A stretch of 64,000 nt of DNA from Anaerolineales bacterium (GCA_041686005.1 JAWLER010000007.1:8794-72793), one strand, 5' to 3'; shown: positions 9,910 through 20,119, counted from the stretch's first letter. Made by a program: numbers and translations. Notes: generated by a model from the sequence alone, not told the origin.

Positions 9910-9924
9910 GTCCGGGAGATTCAC

Positions 9925-12054
9925 GTGCAACGTGGCCGATATCTACTAAACAAATTCGTTCTTGCATTTATCACGTTAATAATCATTATCGTTTTTAATT
10001 TCTTCCTGTTCCGGATCCTTCCTGGCGATCCGGCCAGGGCGCTGGTAAAACCGGGGAGGATGAAGCCCGATACGGTGGAGTTGATCAGGGAGCAATTTGG
10101 ATTAGACAAGCCTGTCTGGGTGAATGTCGAAAAACTGAAAGAGGGGGATTTTCGCAGCGGTCTGGACAGTCAATTTTTCGCTTATATTCAGAACTTATCA
10201 CGGGGTAATTTGGGGATTTCTTTTTCAAATCGCTTAGAGGTAAAAGAGATCCTGGCCAACCGGGTCTGGAAAACGGTCTTATTATTATTTTTAGGGCAGC
10301 TTGTATCCATTCTATTGGGCTCCGTTTTAGGGATTATCGCTTCTTGGCGGCGGGGATCGGCGCTCGATGTGGGGATTCTGGGAGGGGGGCTCTTTACCTG
10401 GTCTATCCCCACTTTCTTCTTTGGCATTATCCTCGTGGTCTTGGCTCGAGGTTATCTTCCCACCGGCATGATGGTTACGGTGGGTTTGAAACCGGAAGAC
10501 GGCTGGGTATATTGGAAGGATGTCGGGAAACATTTGATCCTCCCCACCATAACCCTGGGCATTGGTTACATCAGTTCCTACATGATGGTCATGCGCAGCA
10601 GCATCACCGAAGTTTTGAGTGAAGATTATATTCTCTCTGCGAAGGCAAAGGGTCTCAACAGTGTGGAAATATTACGGGATCACGCCCTGAAAAACGCCAT
10701 GCTTCCTATGATCACCCTTATTGCCTTGAATTTAGGCTACACCGTGGGTGGAGGGATCCAGGTGGAAACCGTCTTTTCATGGCCGGGGTTGGGGCGATTG
10801 ATCTTTGATTCCGTGGGCAGACAGGATTACCCAGTCTTACAAGGTGCGTTTTTGCTTTTGGCGGTCAGTGTGATTGGGGCCAACTTCTTGGCTGATTTGA
10901 TTTACTCCTTGCTTGATCCCCGCGTCCGCATGGATAAACCTTCCAGCGCCCGTCAAACCGAAACTGCATCGGTAAGGGTCCAGAGGACCTTTTCAGGTTT
11001 AGGAAATGCTTTGTTAGGTCTTCCTAGAGTCATCCTGAAAAGTGTGCTCGCCATCCCCAAATCATTCACCCGTTTTCTGAGGTGGGGGCGGGAGGCTTTG
11101 AAGAAAGGATGGCAGGGCCTAACGGTTTTTTGGCAAACCCTGAAGCGAAAACCCATGGCCATGCTTGGTGTGGGGATGCTCTTCATCGTAATTTTCGTAG
11201 CTGTATTCGCCCCCTGGATAGCCCCCTTTACGCTGGAGGAATTGGATACTTTGGACGTTAAGGCGGAAGATATCCTGGCCCCACCTGATGCTGAACATAT
11301 TTTGGGGACAGACGACGCTGGGAAAGACGTACTCTCCCAACTGATTTATGGAGCACGGATTTCCCTGATCGTGGGATTTGCGGCGTCCTTCATGTCCTTG
11401 ATTATCGGCACGATTGTGGGTATGATCGCCGGCTACTTTGGCGGCAGAATCGATACCTTTTTCATGCGTTTGGTGGATTTCTTAATGGTCATCCCCACTT
11501 TACCTCTGATGATGATCATCATATCTTTTTGGGGCCGCGGATTGGAAAAGATCATCATCGTCATCGGTCTTCTGTATTGGACCTACATGGCGCGTTTGGT
11601 GCGCTCCCAGGTGATCTCCCTTAAAGAGCGGCCCTATATTTTGCGTGCCAAAGGGATCGGCGCCAGCGATTTCCGGATCATCCTCCGTCATATCTTCCCT
11701 CAAGTGGTTCCGCTGATCATTGCCCAGGGAGTGTTAGATACATCTACGGCGATCATCGCGGAATCCTCTTTGGCGTTCTTAGGATTAGGCGATCCCACCA
11801 TTGTCAGTTGGGGGATGATGCTCAACTTTGCCTTTGCCAGAGCGATCAGCAAGGAAGCTTGGTGGTTCTTGCTGCCCCCGGGATTTGCGATTGTTTGGGT
11901 GAGCTTGGCTCTGGTGTTGATTGGAACTGCGCTGGAAGAGGTTTTCAATCCCCGGCTTAAGACCCACCACCTATTTAACCCGCGTAAGATGGTCTCCCTT
12001 GTGAAGGACACTGAATCCCAGACTCAAGTACTCAAAGCGCCGGAGCGTGTCTGA
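9925..12054 (+). CDS. Fused ABC permease (DppB+DppC domains)
   Basis: DppB motifs (LPGDP, EDYILSAKAKG, ETVFSWPGLG, LDPRVR) followed in the same frame by DppC motifs (HILGTDDAGKD, GARISL, ESSLAFLGLG). Probable GTG start with RBS. Confidence 0.9.
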   Translation: MQRGRYLLNKFVLAFITLIIIIVFNFFLFRILPGDPARALVKPGRMKPDTVELIREQFGLDKPVWVNVEKLKEGDFRSGLDSQFFAYIQNLSRGNLGISFSNRLEVKEILANRVWKTVLLLFLGQLVSILLGSVLGIIASWRRGSALDVGILGGGLFTWSIPTFFFGIILVVLARGYLPTGMMVTVGLKPEDGWVYWKDVGKHLILPTITLGIGYISSYMMVMRSSITEVLSEDYILSAKAKGLNSVEILRDHALKNAMLPMITLIALNLGYTVGGGIQVETVFSWPGLGRLIFDSVGRQDYPVLQGAFLLLAVSVIGANFLADLIYSLLDPRVRMDKPSSARQTETASVRVQRTFSGLGNALLGLPRVILKSVLAIPKSFTRFLRWGREALKKGWQGLTVFWQTLKRKPMAMLGVGMLFIVIFVAVFAPWIAPFTLEELDTLDVKAEDILAPPDAEHILGTDDAGKDVLSQLIYGARISLIVGFAASFMSLIIGTIVGMIAGYFGGRIDTFFMRLVDFLMVIPTLPLMMIIISFWGRGLEKIIIVIGLLYWTYMARLVRSQVISLKERPYILRAKGIGASDFRIILRHIFPQVVPLIIAQGVLDTSTAIIAESSLAFLGLGDPTIVSWGMMLNFAFARAISKEAWWFLLPPGFAIVWVSLALVLIGTALEEVFNPRLKTHHLFNPRKMVSLVKDTESQTQVLKAPERV

Positions 12055-13019
12055 TGACGATGTTGGAAGTCCAAAACCTCTCTGTTTCCTACTTAACCGA
12101 GGATCAAGAAGAACTGAACGCAGTTGAGAATGTCAGCTTCCGCCTTGAAGCAGGGCGTTCCTTGGGCATTGTAGGGGAAAGCGGTTGTGGGAAAACGACC
12201 ACGATCTTAGCCCTCATGCGCTTGCTTCCTGAAGCGGGACGAATAAAGGCTGGCCGGATTCATTTTCATGACAAAGAACTATTACAGATCAGTGAAGCGG
12301 ACATGCGATGTGTGCGCTGGTGTGAAATTTCCATGGTCTTTCAGGGTGCCATGAATTCTCTAAATCCTGTGCGTACCATAGAAAGCCAGATCGTGGAAGC
12401 TTTGCTAAAACATAATCAAGCAGATACGAAGCAACAGGCTCGCCAGCGAACAGCGGATCTTTTGGAAATGGTGGGGATTGCTTCAGAACGGGGGAAGCAA
12501 TATCCACATCAATACAGCGGTGGCATGCGTCAACGGGCTTTTATCGCCATGGCCCTGGCTTGCAATCCGCAGATTTTGATCGCCGATGAACCGACGACAG
12601 CCCTGGACGTCATGATCCAAGCCCAGATTATTCAGCTTCTAAAAAAACTGCAGGAAGAGTTTGATCTCACCTTGATTCTGGTCACCCACGATCTGGGTGT
12701 GGTCGCCGAATTGTGTGATGATGTCCTGGTCATGTATGGTGGGAAGGTGGCTGAGTACGCCAGCAGCGATACGATCTATAACGCTGCAAAACACCCTTAT
12801 ACAAGAAGGTTATTAAGAGCCTTTCCGGATGTCGATCATCTGGATGCGGATCTGGTTTCCATACCCGGTGTTCCGCCGCGCTTGGATGACTTTCCCCTGG
12901 GTTGTCGTTTCAGCCCCCGCTGCCATGTCTGTAAGGATAGATGCAAGCGAGACACACCCCCTTTGGTGGAAATTGAAGATCATCATTATGTAGCCTGCCA
13001 TATGTACAGTCGGAAATGA
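12054..13019 (+). CDS. Peptide/nickel-type ABC transporter ATP-binding protein (DppD-like)
   Basis: Walker A GESGCGKT, SGGMRQR, ADEPTTALD, HPYT and a C-terminal Cys motif. Confidence 0.93.
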   Translation: MTMLEVQNLSVSYLTEDQEELNAVENVSFRLEAGRSLGIVGESGCGKTTTILALMRLLPEAGRIKAGRIHFHDKELLQISEADMRCVRWCEISMVFQGAMNSLNPVRTIESQIVEALLKHNQADTKQQARQRTADLLEMVGIASERGKQYPHQYSGGMRQRAFIAMALACNPQILIADEPTTALDVMIQAQIIQLLKKLQEEFDLTLILVTHDLGVVAELCDDVLVMYGGKVAEYASSDTIYNAAKHPYTRRLLRAFPDVDHLDADLVSIPGVPPRLDDFPLGCRFSPRCHVCKDRCKRDTPPLVEIEDHHYVACHMYSRK

Positions 13020-13032
13020 AAGGGACTCAATT

Positions 13033-14085
13033 ATGGTTGAACCGTCACTGCTAAGGGTCGAAAACCTCACCAAATATTTTCCCGTCTCTCGTTCCTTTTT
13101 CAGAAAGTTATTTGGACAAGGGGAGAGGGTCGTCCATGCTGTGGATGGGGTCAGTTTTTCCTTGAAAACAGGGGAGATTTTAGCACTGGTCGGGGAGTCA
13201 GGTTCCGGAAAGACGACGGTGGGCATGAATGTTTTGGGTTTGCAAATTCCAACCAGAGGTAAAGTGATCTTCGACGGGATCGATGTGGCAGACTGGGGGC
13301 AGGGCAGGGTTGATCCATCGCAGTACATGGGGGAAGAGGAGCTGGCGAAACGAAGCGCTCGCGAACAAGTATTATTGCTTCGAAAACGAGCGCAGATGAT
13401 CTTCCAGGATCCCTATGAATCCCTCAATCCGAGACAGAAGGTTTTTGAGATTGTCGCTGAACCTTTGGATGTCCACGGTTTATCAATTTCAGAGGAGGAT
13501 CGGAAAGAAAAGGTTCGCGATGCCTTGGAGACCAGCGGTCTGGCGCCTGCGGATCATTATTGGGGCCGATATCCAGAAGGGCTTTCGGGGGGCCAGCGTC
13601 AGCGGGTGGTCATCGCCGGCGCTTTAGTGCTTGAACCTGATCTATTGGTCGCTGATGAACCGGTGTCCATGTTGGATGTATCTATCCGGGCGGAATTGTT
13701 AAATTTGTTGCTGGCAATCCGTGATCAAAGGAATATCTCCATCATTTACACCACCCACGACCTGGCGACAGCGGGGTATTTTACGGATCGGATGGCGGTG
13801 ATGTATTTGGGCCGGATCGTTGAGATCGGACCTACGCGGGAAGTGTTGTCGGATCCTCGGCATCCATATACAAAAGCGCTTGTCTCTGTACTGCCTGTAC
13901 CCAACCCTCGTAGGCGTCGGGAGAAAGTCATTTTAAGGGGGGAGGTTCCAAATCCCATTGATCTTCCAGTCGGTTGCCGGTTCCATCCTCGGTGTCCGGA
14001 GGCGATGGACGTATGCAGAGAGATGGACCCTGATTTTGTGCAAATTTCTAAAGAGCATAAAGTCGCTTGTCTTCTTGCTCAATAA
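13033..14085 (+). CDS. Peptide/nickel-type ABC transporter ATP-binding protein (DppF-like)
   Basis: GESGSGKT, LSGGQRQR, ADEPVSMLD, GCRFHPRCP. Confidence 0.93.
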   Translation: MVEPSLLRVENLTKYFPVSRSFFRKLFGQGERVVHAVDGVSFSLKTGEILALVGESGSGKTTVGMNVLGLQIPTRGKVIFDGIDVADWGQGRVDPSQYMGEEELAKRSAREQVLLLRKRAQMIFQDPYESLNPRQKVFEIVAEPLDVHGLSISEEDRKEKVRDALETSGLAPADHYWGRYPEGLSGGQRQRVVIAGALVLEPDLLVADEPVSMLDVSIRAELLNLLLAIRDQRNISIIYTTHDLATAGYFTDRMAVMYLGRIVEIGPTREVLSDPRHPYTKALVSVLPVPNPRRRREKVILRGEVPNPIDLPVGCRFHPRCPEAMDVCREMDPDFVQISKEHKVACLLAQ

Positions 14086-14160
14086 GATGGAGGGAGGTGG
14101 CGGAGTTTTTTAACAAGGTACGATGGATCACCTTATGTGATGGGATAAAAGGAGTGAGTG

Positions 14161-15621
14161 ATGACACTTAAAACACGGGAAGAATACCTGGCTGATTTAA
14201 AAAAGTTGAAACCCAACATGTATAAATTTGGGGAGCAAATCAAGGATGTCACCCAGCATGCAGCCACAAAGCGCACCGTCGAAAGCCATGCTCGTAATTT
14301 CGACGCATCCCATGATCCGGATCTGGCTGAGATGTACACGACAACATCCAAATTCACAGGGGAGAAAATTCACCGTTGGAATTCGATGACCCAGAGTTCA
14401 GACGACCTCATCGCCAATATGAAGATGAAGCGCCAGAATTACCGTCGTACAGGGACATGCACCGGTGGGGTTTGTGTGGGATGGAATGCCCAGAACGTGA
14501 TGTGGGCTGTCACCCAGGACATGGATGAGGAATACGGCACCGATTATCAGCAGCGATTAAAGGATTGGATTCTGCATGCTCAGGAAAACGGGTTGGTCGT
14601 CGCCGGGGCCCTTACTGATGCCAAAGGGAGCCGGAGTTTGAAACCTTCCCAGCAGGAAGACCCGGACTTGACCCTGCGGATCAAGGAGGTTCAGGAGGAT
14701 GGGATCGTCATCCAAGGCGCAAAGCTGATGATTTGCGGTGTGGCGGCCTCCCATGAAATTTTCCTGCTCCCGGGTGGCGTATACAAGGAACCGGATCAAG
14801 ATTATGCCGTGGCTTGTGTCGTGCCCCGCGACATTGAAGGGTTGACCATTGTGGAAGCAACCCGTCCCAGTGACCGACGGGACCTCGAAAAGTCCGCAGA
14901 GGGAGAGGTGCCGGATACCGGGATCACCCAGGGCTTGTTGTTATTTGAAGATGTTTTCGTTCCCAATGAGCGTGTCTTCATGTGTAAAGAGTACAAACAC
15001 ACTCTGAAGATCATTCAATATTTCACGGCAAACTATCGGGCCTGTATCGGTGCGTGTGTTGCGGGACAAGGGGATGTGATGATTGGCGCCTCGGTGTTAA
15101 TGGCGCGGGCCAATGGTCTGCCGATGAAAACCTTCATGAATGACTTTATCGAGATGTCCATGAACAATCAGATTACCTTTGGATTGGGAGTGGGGGCCTG
15201 TACCTTGGGTTTCCAACATCCATCTGGATCCTTTGTCGCTGAACCGCTCACAGCAAACACCAATAAGGTGATGGTGGCAACGCTGCCTTATGAAACCAAG
15301 CGGATCACTCAGGAAATCGGTGGGGGCATGGTGGAGACGGGTTGTATGCCTTCCTACCAGGATTTCACCAGTCCGGAGTATGGCGATTTACTGCATAAGT
15401 ACTACAAGGCCGGTTCAGGAAGCGCTGAGACCCGCTATAAAATCGCGCGCTTGGCTGAATGGTTGAGCATTGGCGGTGGCGTGCCGGGCTGCATGCACGG
15501 AGGCGGTTCTCCAGGCGGGGCGAGATTGATGGTGCGTTTCACCACCCCCTTCGAAGAGTACGCGGAATACGCAAAATCTTTGATGAATATCGAAGAAGAA
15601 GTGCCTGAACCTCAGAAATAG
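14161..15621 (+). CDS. 4-hydroxybutyryl-CoA dehydratase / 4-hydroxyphenylacetate 3-hydroxylase family flavoprotein (divergent)
   Basis: GALTDAKGSRSLKPSQQEDPD, FEDVFVPNERVFMC, GDVMIGA and MHGGGSP follow AbfD architecture. Catalytic positions are substituted. Confidence 0.85.
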   Translation: MTLKTREEYLADLKKLKPNMYKFGEQIKDVTQHAATKRTVESHARNFDASHDPDLAEMYTTTSKFTGEKIHRWNSMTQSSDDLIANMKMKRQNYRRTGTCTGGVCVGWNAQNVMWAVTQDMDEEYGTDYQQRLKDWILHAQENGLVVAGALTDAKGSRSLKPSQQEDPDLTLRIKEVQEDGIVIQGAKLMICGVAASHEIFLLPGGVYKEPDQDYAVACVVPRDIEGLTIVEATRPSDRRDLEKSAEGEVPDTGITQGLLLFEDVFVPNERVFMCKEYKHTLKIIQYFTANYRACIGACVAGQGDVMIGASVLMARANGLPMKTFMNDFIEMSMNNQITFGLGVGACTLGFQHPSGSFVAEPLTANTNKVMVATLPYETKRITQEIGGGMVETGCMPSYQDFTSPEYGDLLHKYYKAGSGSAETRYKIARLAEWLSIGGGVPGCMHGGGSPGGARLMVRFTTPFEEYAEYAKSLMNIEEEVPEPQK

Positions 15622-15639
15622 GAACAGTGAGGATGATGT

Positions 15640-17181
15640 ATGTTTTATGGTGATTGGTTACATAGACGTGCGTTATTGTCGCCCCATAAAATAGCCCTCA
15701 TTGACGCTGAAAAGGGTGATTTGGAGATCTCGTATCGGGAGTGGAACGCCCGGGTTAACCGCATGGCGCACTTCTTTCAGGAAGAGCTTGGGATCAAGAA
15801 AGGGGACCGTGTTTCCATTTATTCCGTTAACCGGATGGAATATGTAGATGCTCTGTTTGCCTGTAATAAATTGGGCGCAGTCCTTCAAGTCATCAATTGG
15901 CGTCTGACAATCGAAGAGTTGGAGATGTTAATCGGTGAAGTGGAACCGAGGGCATTAATCTACAGCGAGGAGTGGATTGAGGAGGTGAATAGTCTCCGAC
16001 CCCACTTAAAGAGTGTGGAGGGATATGTAGGTTTAGATACCAAGGCAAAAGAGAGCGATCTCACCTGGGATGGGGAAGAAGCAGAGCGCTGGCCGGAGTC
16101 CCAGCCTGATCCGGTGGGGTTGGATTGGGAAGATCCCTGGGTGATCTGTTATACGGGCGGGACCACAGGGTTGCCGAAAGGTGCTGTGCTTCATTATCGA
16201 TCCATGACCTGGAATTCCATCAATACGGTCATGAGCTGGGGCTTGCAGTCCGATGAAGTGGTCCCTCATTACATGCCTATGTATCACACAGGGGGGATCA
16301 ATGTCATGCTCCTTCCCATCGTCCACATTGGGGCCACAACCGTTTTCTGCGAGCGGTTTGACGTCGATCAACTTTTTGATCAGATCGACCGTTTAGGGAT
16401 CACCTTTTTCTTTGGTGTGCCGGCCATGCTCTTGGAAATGATTCAGCATCCCAGATGGGAGTCTTTGGATTTGTCCAATGTGCGCCTGGTGATGGCGGGT
16501 GGGGGCAATTGTCCCCAAGTTATCTATGAAGCTTTTTGGGAGAAAGGGGTGGAATTCAAAGAGGGGTATGGATTGACGGAAGCTGGGCCCAATACCTTTT
16601 GGCTCCCCTCGGAGTTTCTAAGGTCGAAAGTTGGGTCGGTCGGACGCCCCTTGTTCCACGTCGACGTGAAAATTGTCGACCATGAAGGTAATACCTTGGG
16701 TGTTGAGGAGGTGGGAGATTTAATGGTGCGGGGACCGCATGTCTTTGGCGGATATTGGGGTCGCCCAGAAGCCACGGAAGCGGTTATGGACGATGGGTGG
16801 CTCCACACCGGAGATCTTGCCAAGGTGGACCAGGACGGTTGTTATTACATTGTGGGCCGCCTAAAAGACATGATCAAATCTGGAGGAGAGAATATTTATC
16901 CCGAAGAGATTGAGGATATCCTCCACAGCCACCCTGCGATCTTAGAAGCAGCGGTCATCCCTGTCCCTGATCCGAAATGGGGGGAGGTGGGATGTGCTGT
17001 GGTGTCCCGTAAACCCGGTAAAGCATTATCCGAAGACGATTTGATCCAGTGGATGAGAGGGGAGATGGCCCACTACAAAGTCCCCAAATCGGTGATTTTC
17101 GTCGAGATACTGCCGAAAACCGGGGCTAATAAAGTGGATAAAAAAATCTTGGTGGAAAAGTACGGCAAAAAGGAAACGTAG
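15640..17181 (+). CDS. AMP-forming acyl-CoA synthetase
   Basis: YTGGTTGLPKG, GYGLTEAG, GWLHTGD, KSGGENIYP, KTGANK. Confidence 0.92.
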   Translation: MFYGDWLHRRALLSPHKIALIDAEKGDLEISYREWNARVNRMAHFFQEELGIKKGDRVSIYSVNRMEYVDALFACNKLGAVLQVINWRLTIEELEMLIGEVEPRALIYSEEWIEEVNSLRPHLKSVEGYVGLDTKAKESDLTWDGEEAERWPESQPDPVGLDWEDPWVICYTGGTTGLPKGAVLHYRSMTWNSINTVMSWGLQSDEVVPHYMPMYHTGGINVMLLPIVHIGATTVFCERFDVDQLFDQIDRLGITFFFGVPAMLLEMIQHPRWESLDLSNVRLVMAGGGNCPQVIYEAFWEKGVEFKEGYGLTEAGPNTFWLPSEFLRSKVGSVGRPLFHVDVKIVDHEGNTLGVEEVGDLMVRGPHVFGGYWGRPEATEAVMDDGWLHTGDLAKVDQDGCYYIVGRLKDMIKSGGENIYPEEIEDILHSHPAILEAAVIPVPDPKWGEVGCAVVSRKPGKALSEDDLIQWMRGEMAHYKVPKSVIFVEILPKTGANKVDKKILVEKYGKKET

Positions 17182-17955
17182 ATGGAGAGGAAGACCATGA
17201 GACTCAAGGGAAAAGTGGCCTTAATTACAGGCGGCGCTGCCGGGATTGGGAAAGCGACTGCGAAAGTTTTTATAGAACAGGGAGCCACTGTTTGCATCTG
17301 TGATGTGGACGAAAAGACTGGGGAAGAGGTGGCAGAGGAATTGGGTTGCAATTTTGCCAAGGTCGATGTCTCTGACCGACGGGCTGTGCAGGCGTGGGTG
17401 GATGGGATCGGGGAAGAGTTTGGCAGGATAGATATTTTGATCAATAATGCGGGGATTACCAAAGATGGCCTTTTCGTAAAAGTCAAGGATGGAGAACTGG
17501 TCAAACAGATGCCGGAGGAGGACTTCGATGCGGTGATCTCAGTCAACCTAAAAGGGGTTTTCAACTGCACCCAGGCGGTCGCCCCCTATATGATCCCTCA
17601 AAGCTCAGGCTCCATTGTCAATGCTTCCTCTGCGGTGGGATTGGATGGAAACTTCGGCCAAACCAACTATGTGGCGTCCAAGGCCGGGGTGGTGGGGATG
17701 ACCAAAGTCTGGGCGCGTGAACTGGGTCGCTACAATATCCGGGTTAACGCTGTGGCCCCGGGTTCGATTCAGACGGAGATGTTGGCATCCGTACCAGAGA
17801 AAGTCTTAACTGAATTTAAGAAGCACCAGCCCTTGGGCCGCTTTGGAGAACCTGAAGAAGTAGCCTATGCCTACCTTTTCTTGGCATCTGAAGAAGCCAG
17901 CTTTGTATCAGGAGCGGTCCTGCGGGTCGACGGGGCTTTGGTAGTGGGAACCTAG
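17182..17955 (+). CDS. SDR oxidoreductase, FabG / acetoacetyl-CoA reductase-like
   Basis: TGGAAGIG, NNAGI, GNFGQTNYVASK (YxxxK), NAVAPG. Alternative start at 17197. Confidence 0.9.
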   Translation: MERKTMRLKGKVALITGGAAGIGKATAKVFIEQGATVCICDVDEKTGEEVAEELGCNFAKVDVSDRRAVQAWVDGIGEEFGRIDILINNAGITKDGLFVKVKDGELVKQMPEEDFDAVISVNLKGVFNCTQAVAPYMIPQSSGSIVNASSAVGLDGNFGQTNYVASKAGVVGMTKVWARELGRYNIRVNAVAPGSIQTEMLASVPEKVLTEFKKHQPLGRFGEPEEVAYAYLFLASEEASFVSGAVLRVDGALVVGT

Positions 17956-17970
17956 CAGAGAGTATTGGGT

Positions 17971-18996
17971 ATGGCAAAAGAAGAAACAAACCTTGGTATC
18001 GTCAGCACAGGCATGTACCTTCCTGAAAAGGTGGTCACGTCTTCCGACATCGCTGCCGAGAGCGGCATTGAGGAATGGGTCATCCGGGAGAAATTTGGCA
18101 TCCTTGAGAAGCGGATGGCGGGTCCGGATGACCAACCCACCCGTATGGCGTATTTGGCGGTCCAGGATTGCCTCTCAGGCTGTGATATTTCACCCGAAGA
18201 GATCGACTTGGTTTTGTGCACCACAGAAGAGTGGAAGGAATACATCAATTGGACAGCAGGGATTGACCTCGCCTATCAAGTGGGGGCCACCAATGCTTGG
18301 GCGATGGATATCCACATGCGCTGCTGCACCACCATCAGCGCCCTGAAACTTGCCAAAGCCATGGTTCAAACCTATCCCGATCTGGAGACGATTCTCATCG
18401 CTGGCGGCTACCGGGCAGGGGATTTCATTGACCTGTCTAACCAGCGAACCACCTTTGCCTATAACATCGGCGCCGGTGCGGGGGCTATGCTTTTGAAGAG
18501 GGATTGGCCGTCCAATCATGTTTTGGGAAGCCACTTGATGTCGGATGGAAGCCTGAGCCGGCATATTGTCGTCCCTGCTTCCGGTACGCTCCAACACCCC
18601 ACCGATGAAGCGGTAGAAAAGGGATTATTTCATCTGGATGTTTTCAACATCGATGAGTTGAAAGGTCATCTCAACAAAGTGTCCATGGAAAACTGGATGC
18701 TTTGCATTGATCAGGCGCTGGAGAAAAGCGGTTATATCCGCAGCGATTTGGATTTTTTGAACATGATCCTCGTCAAGCCGTCTTCTTATCGAGATATGCT
18801 CCAGCGTTTAGGGCTCAGTGAAGAACAAGGCGTGTACAACAACACCTACGGACATATCGGGGAACAGGACAGCATCATCAATATCATTGAGGGGCAAAAG
18901 CAGGGCAGGCTTAAGGACGGTGATTTGATGATCATCGTGGCAGCCGGGATGGGCTATGTATGGGGCGCTGCCTGTGTCAGGTGGGGTCCCTGTTAG
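17971..18996 (+). CDS. 3-oxoacyl-ACP synthase III-like (FabH-like condensing enzyme, atypical active site)
   Basis: GMYLP, active Cys in MRCCTT, GAGAGAMLL, YGHIG, AAGMGYVWGA. Confidence 0.85.
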   Translation: MAKEETNLGIVSTGMYLPEKVVTSSDIAAESGIEEWVIREKFGILEKRMAGPDDQPTRMAYLAVQDCLSGCDISPEEIDLVLCTTEEWKEYINWTAGIDLAYQVGATNAWAMDIHMRCCTTISALKLAKAMVQTYPDLETILIAGGYRAGDFIDLSNQRTTFAYNIGAGAGAMLLKRDWPSNHVLGSHLMSDGSLSRHIVVPASGTLQHPTDEAVEKGLFHLDVFNIDELKGHLNKVSMENWMLCIDQALEKSGYIRSDLDFLNMILVKPSSYRDMLQRLGLSEEQGVYNNTYGHIGEQDSIINIIEGQKQGRLKDGDLMIIVAAGMGYVWGAACVRWGPC

Positions 18997-19018
18997 TGGA
19001 ATGGATGGTTGGAAAATA

Positions 19019-20080
19019 ATGAGCATTCCCACGCTTGAGGACATTGAAGCCAAGCCTCTGACAACTGAAAGGATTACGAGTCGGGTTTTATTCTCCCCCA
19101 AACGGGGGGAGGCCCCCGTTCTCATCCTGCACGGCAACTGGTCCAGTGCTACCTGGTGGGAGGAAGTCATGCTGGGGCTCCCCTCCGGATTTTGGGGTAT
19201 TGCCCCGGATCAACGGGGATATGGAGAGGCGGATATCAGTAAAAAGGTCGATGCCCGGCGTGGTGCGCGTGATTGGGCGGATGATATCTTGGCTTTGCTT
19301 GATCATCTTCACATCCAAAAAGCTCATATTTTGGGATGCTCCTTGGGTGGATATATTGCCTGGCAGTGTTTGAAAGATTTCCCGGAGCGAATGTCGTCAT
19401 TGATCCTGGTAAATCCCGTTTCCCCGTATGGTTTTTGTGGGACCAAGGATCCCGAAGGGACGCCCTGTTACCCGGATTTCGCTGGCACAGGAGGGGGGAT
19501 CAAGAATGAAGAGCTGATTCAGAGGGCCAAGGAGAGGGACCGAAGTTTGGAGAGTGAATCCTCTCCGCGTTCCAGCATGCGTTCGCTTTTCAAGCCGCCC
19601 TTCATTCCCAATCGGGAAGAAACGTTGCTCTCCTCTGTGCTGGCCACGCACCTGGGGGAGAAAGATCTCCCCGGTGATTATGTTCCCTCGCCCCATTGGC
19701 CCTTTGTCGCGCCGGGGATTTGGGGACCTTTAAACGCGACTTCTCCAAAGTATGCGGACGATATCCAAGCGCTATATGAGATAAGCGAAAAGATACCTAT
19801 TCTCTGGATACATGGAAGCCATGATCAGGTCATTTCTAACCGGTCTACCTCAGATATCGGATATCTTGGCAAACTGGGTTTGATCTCAGGTTGGCCGGGG
19901 GAGGATGTCTATCCCCCCCAGCCTATGATCAGGCAAACGAGAACGGTTTTGGAGAAGTATGCTTCTGCGGGTGGATCTTATCGAGAGGTCGTGATTGAAG
20001 GCGCAGGTCATGTCCCTTTCCTTGAGAAGCCCGATGCATTCAACAGCGTTTTCCATTCCTTCTTAAAGGAAGTGGCATAG
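19019..20080 (+). CDS. Alpha/beta hydrolase (esterase/lipase-like)
   Basis: LHGN, APDQRGYG, nucleophile elbow GCSLGG, G.HD..I, GAGHVPFLEKP. Confidence 0.88.
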   Translation: MSIPTLEDIEAKPLTTERITSRVLFSPKRGEAPVLILHGNWSSATWWEEVMLGLPSGFWGIAPDQRGYGEADISKKVDARRGARDWADDILALLDHLHIQKAHILGCSLGGYIAWQCLKDFPERMSSLILVNPVSPYGFCGTKDPEGTPCYPDFAGTGGGIKNEELIQRAKERDRSLESESSPRSSMRSLFKPPFIPNREETLLSSVLATHLGEKDLPGDYVPSPHWPFVAPGIWGPLNATSPKYADDIQALYEISEKIPILWIHGSHDQVISNRSTSDIGYLGKLGLISGWPGEDVYPPQPMIRQTRTVLEKYASAGGSYREVVIEGAGHVPFLEKPDAFNSVFHSFLKEVA

Positions 20081-20119
20081 AGACGCTTATTGATCAGTTT
20101 GGATAAGAAAGGATGGGTG

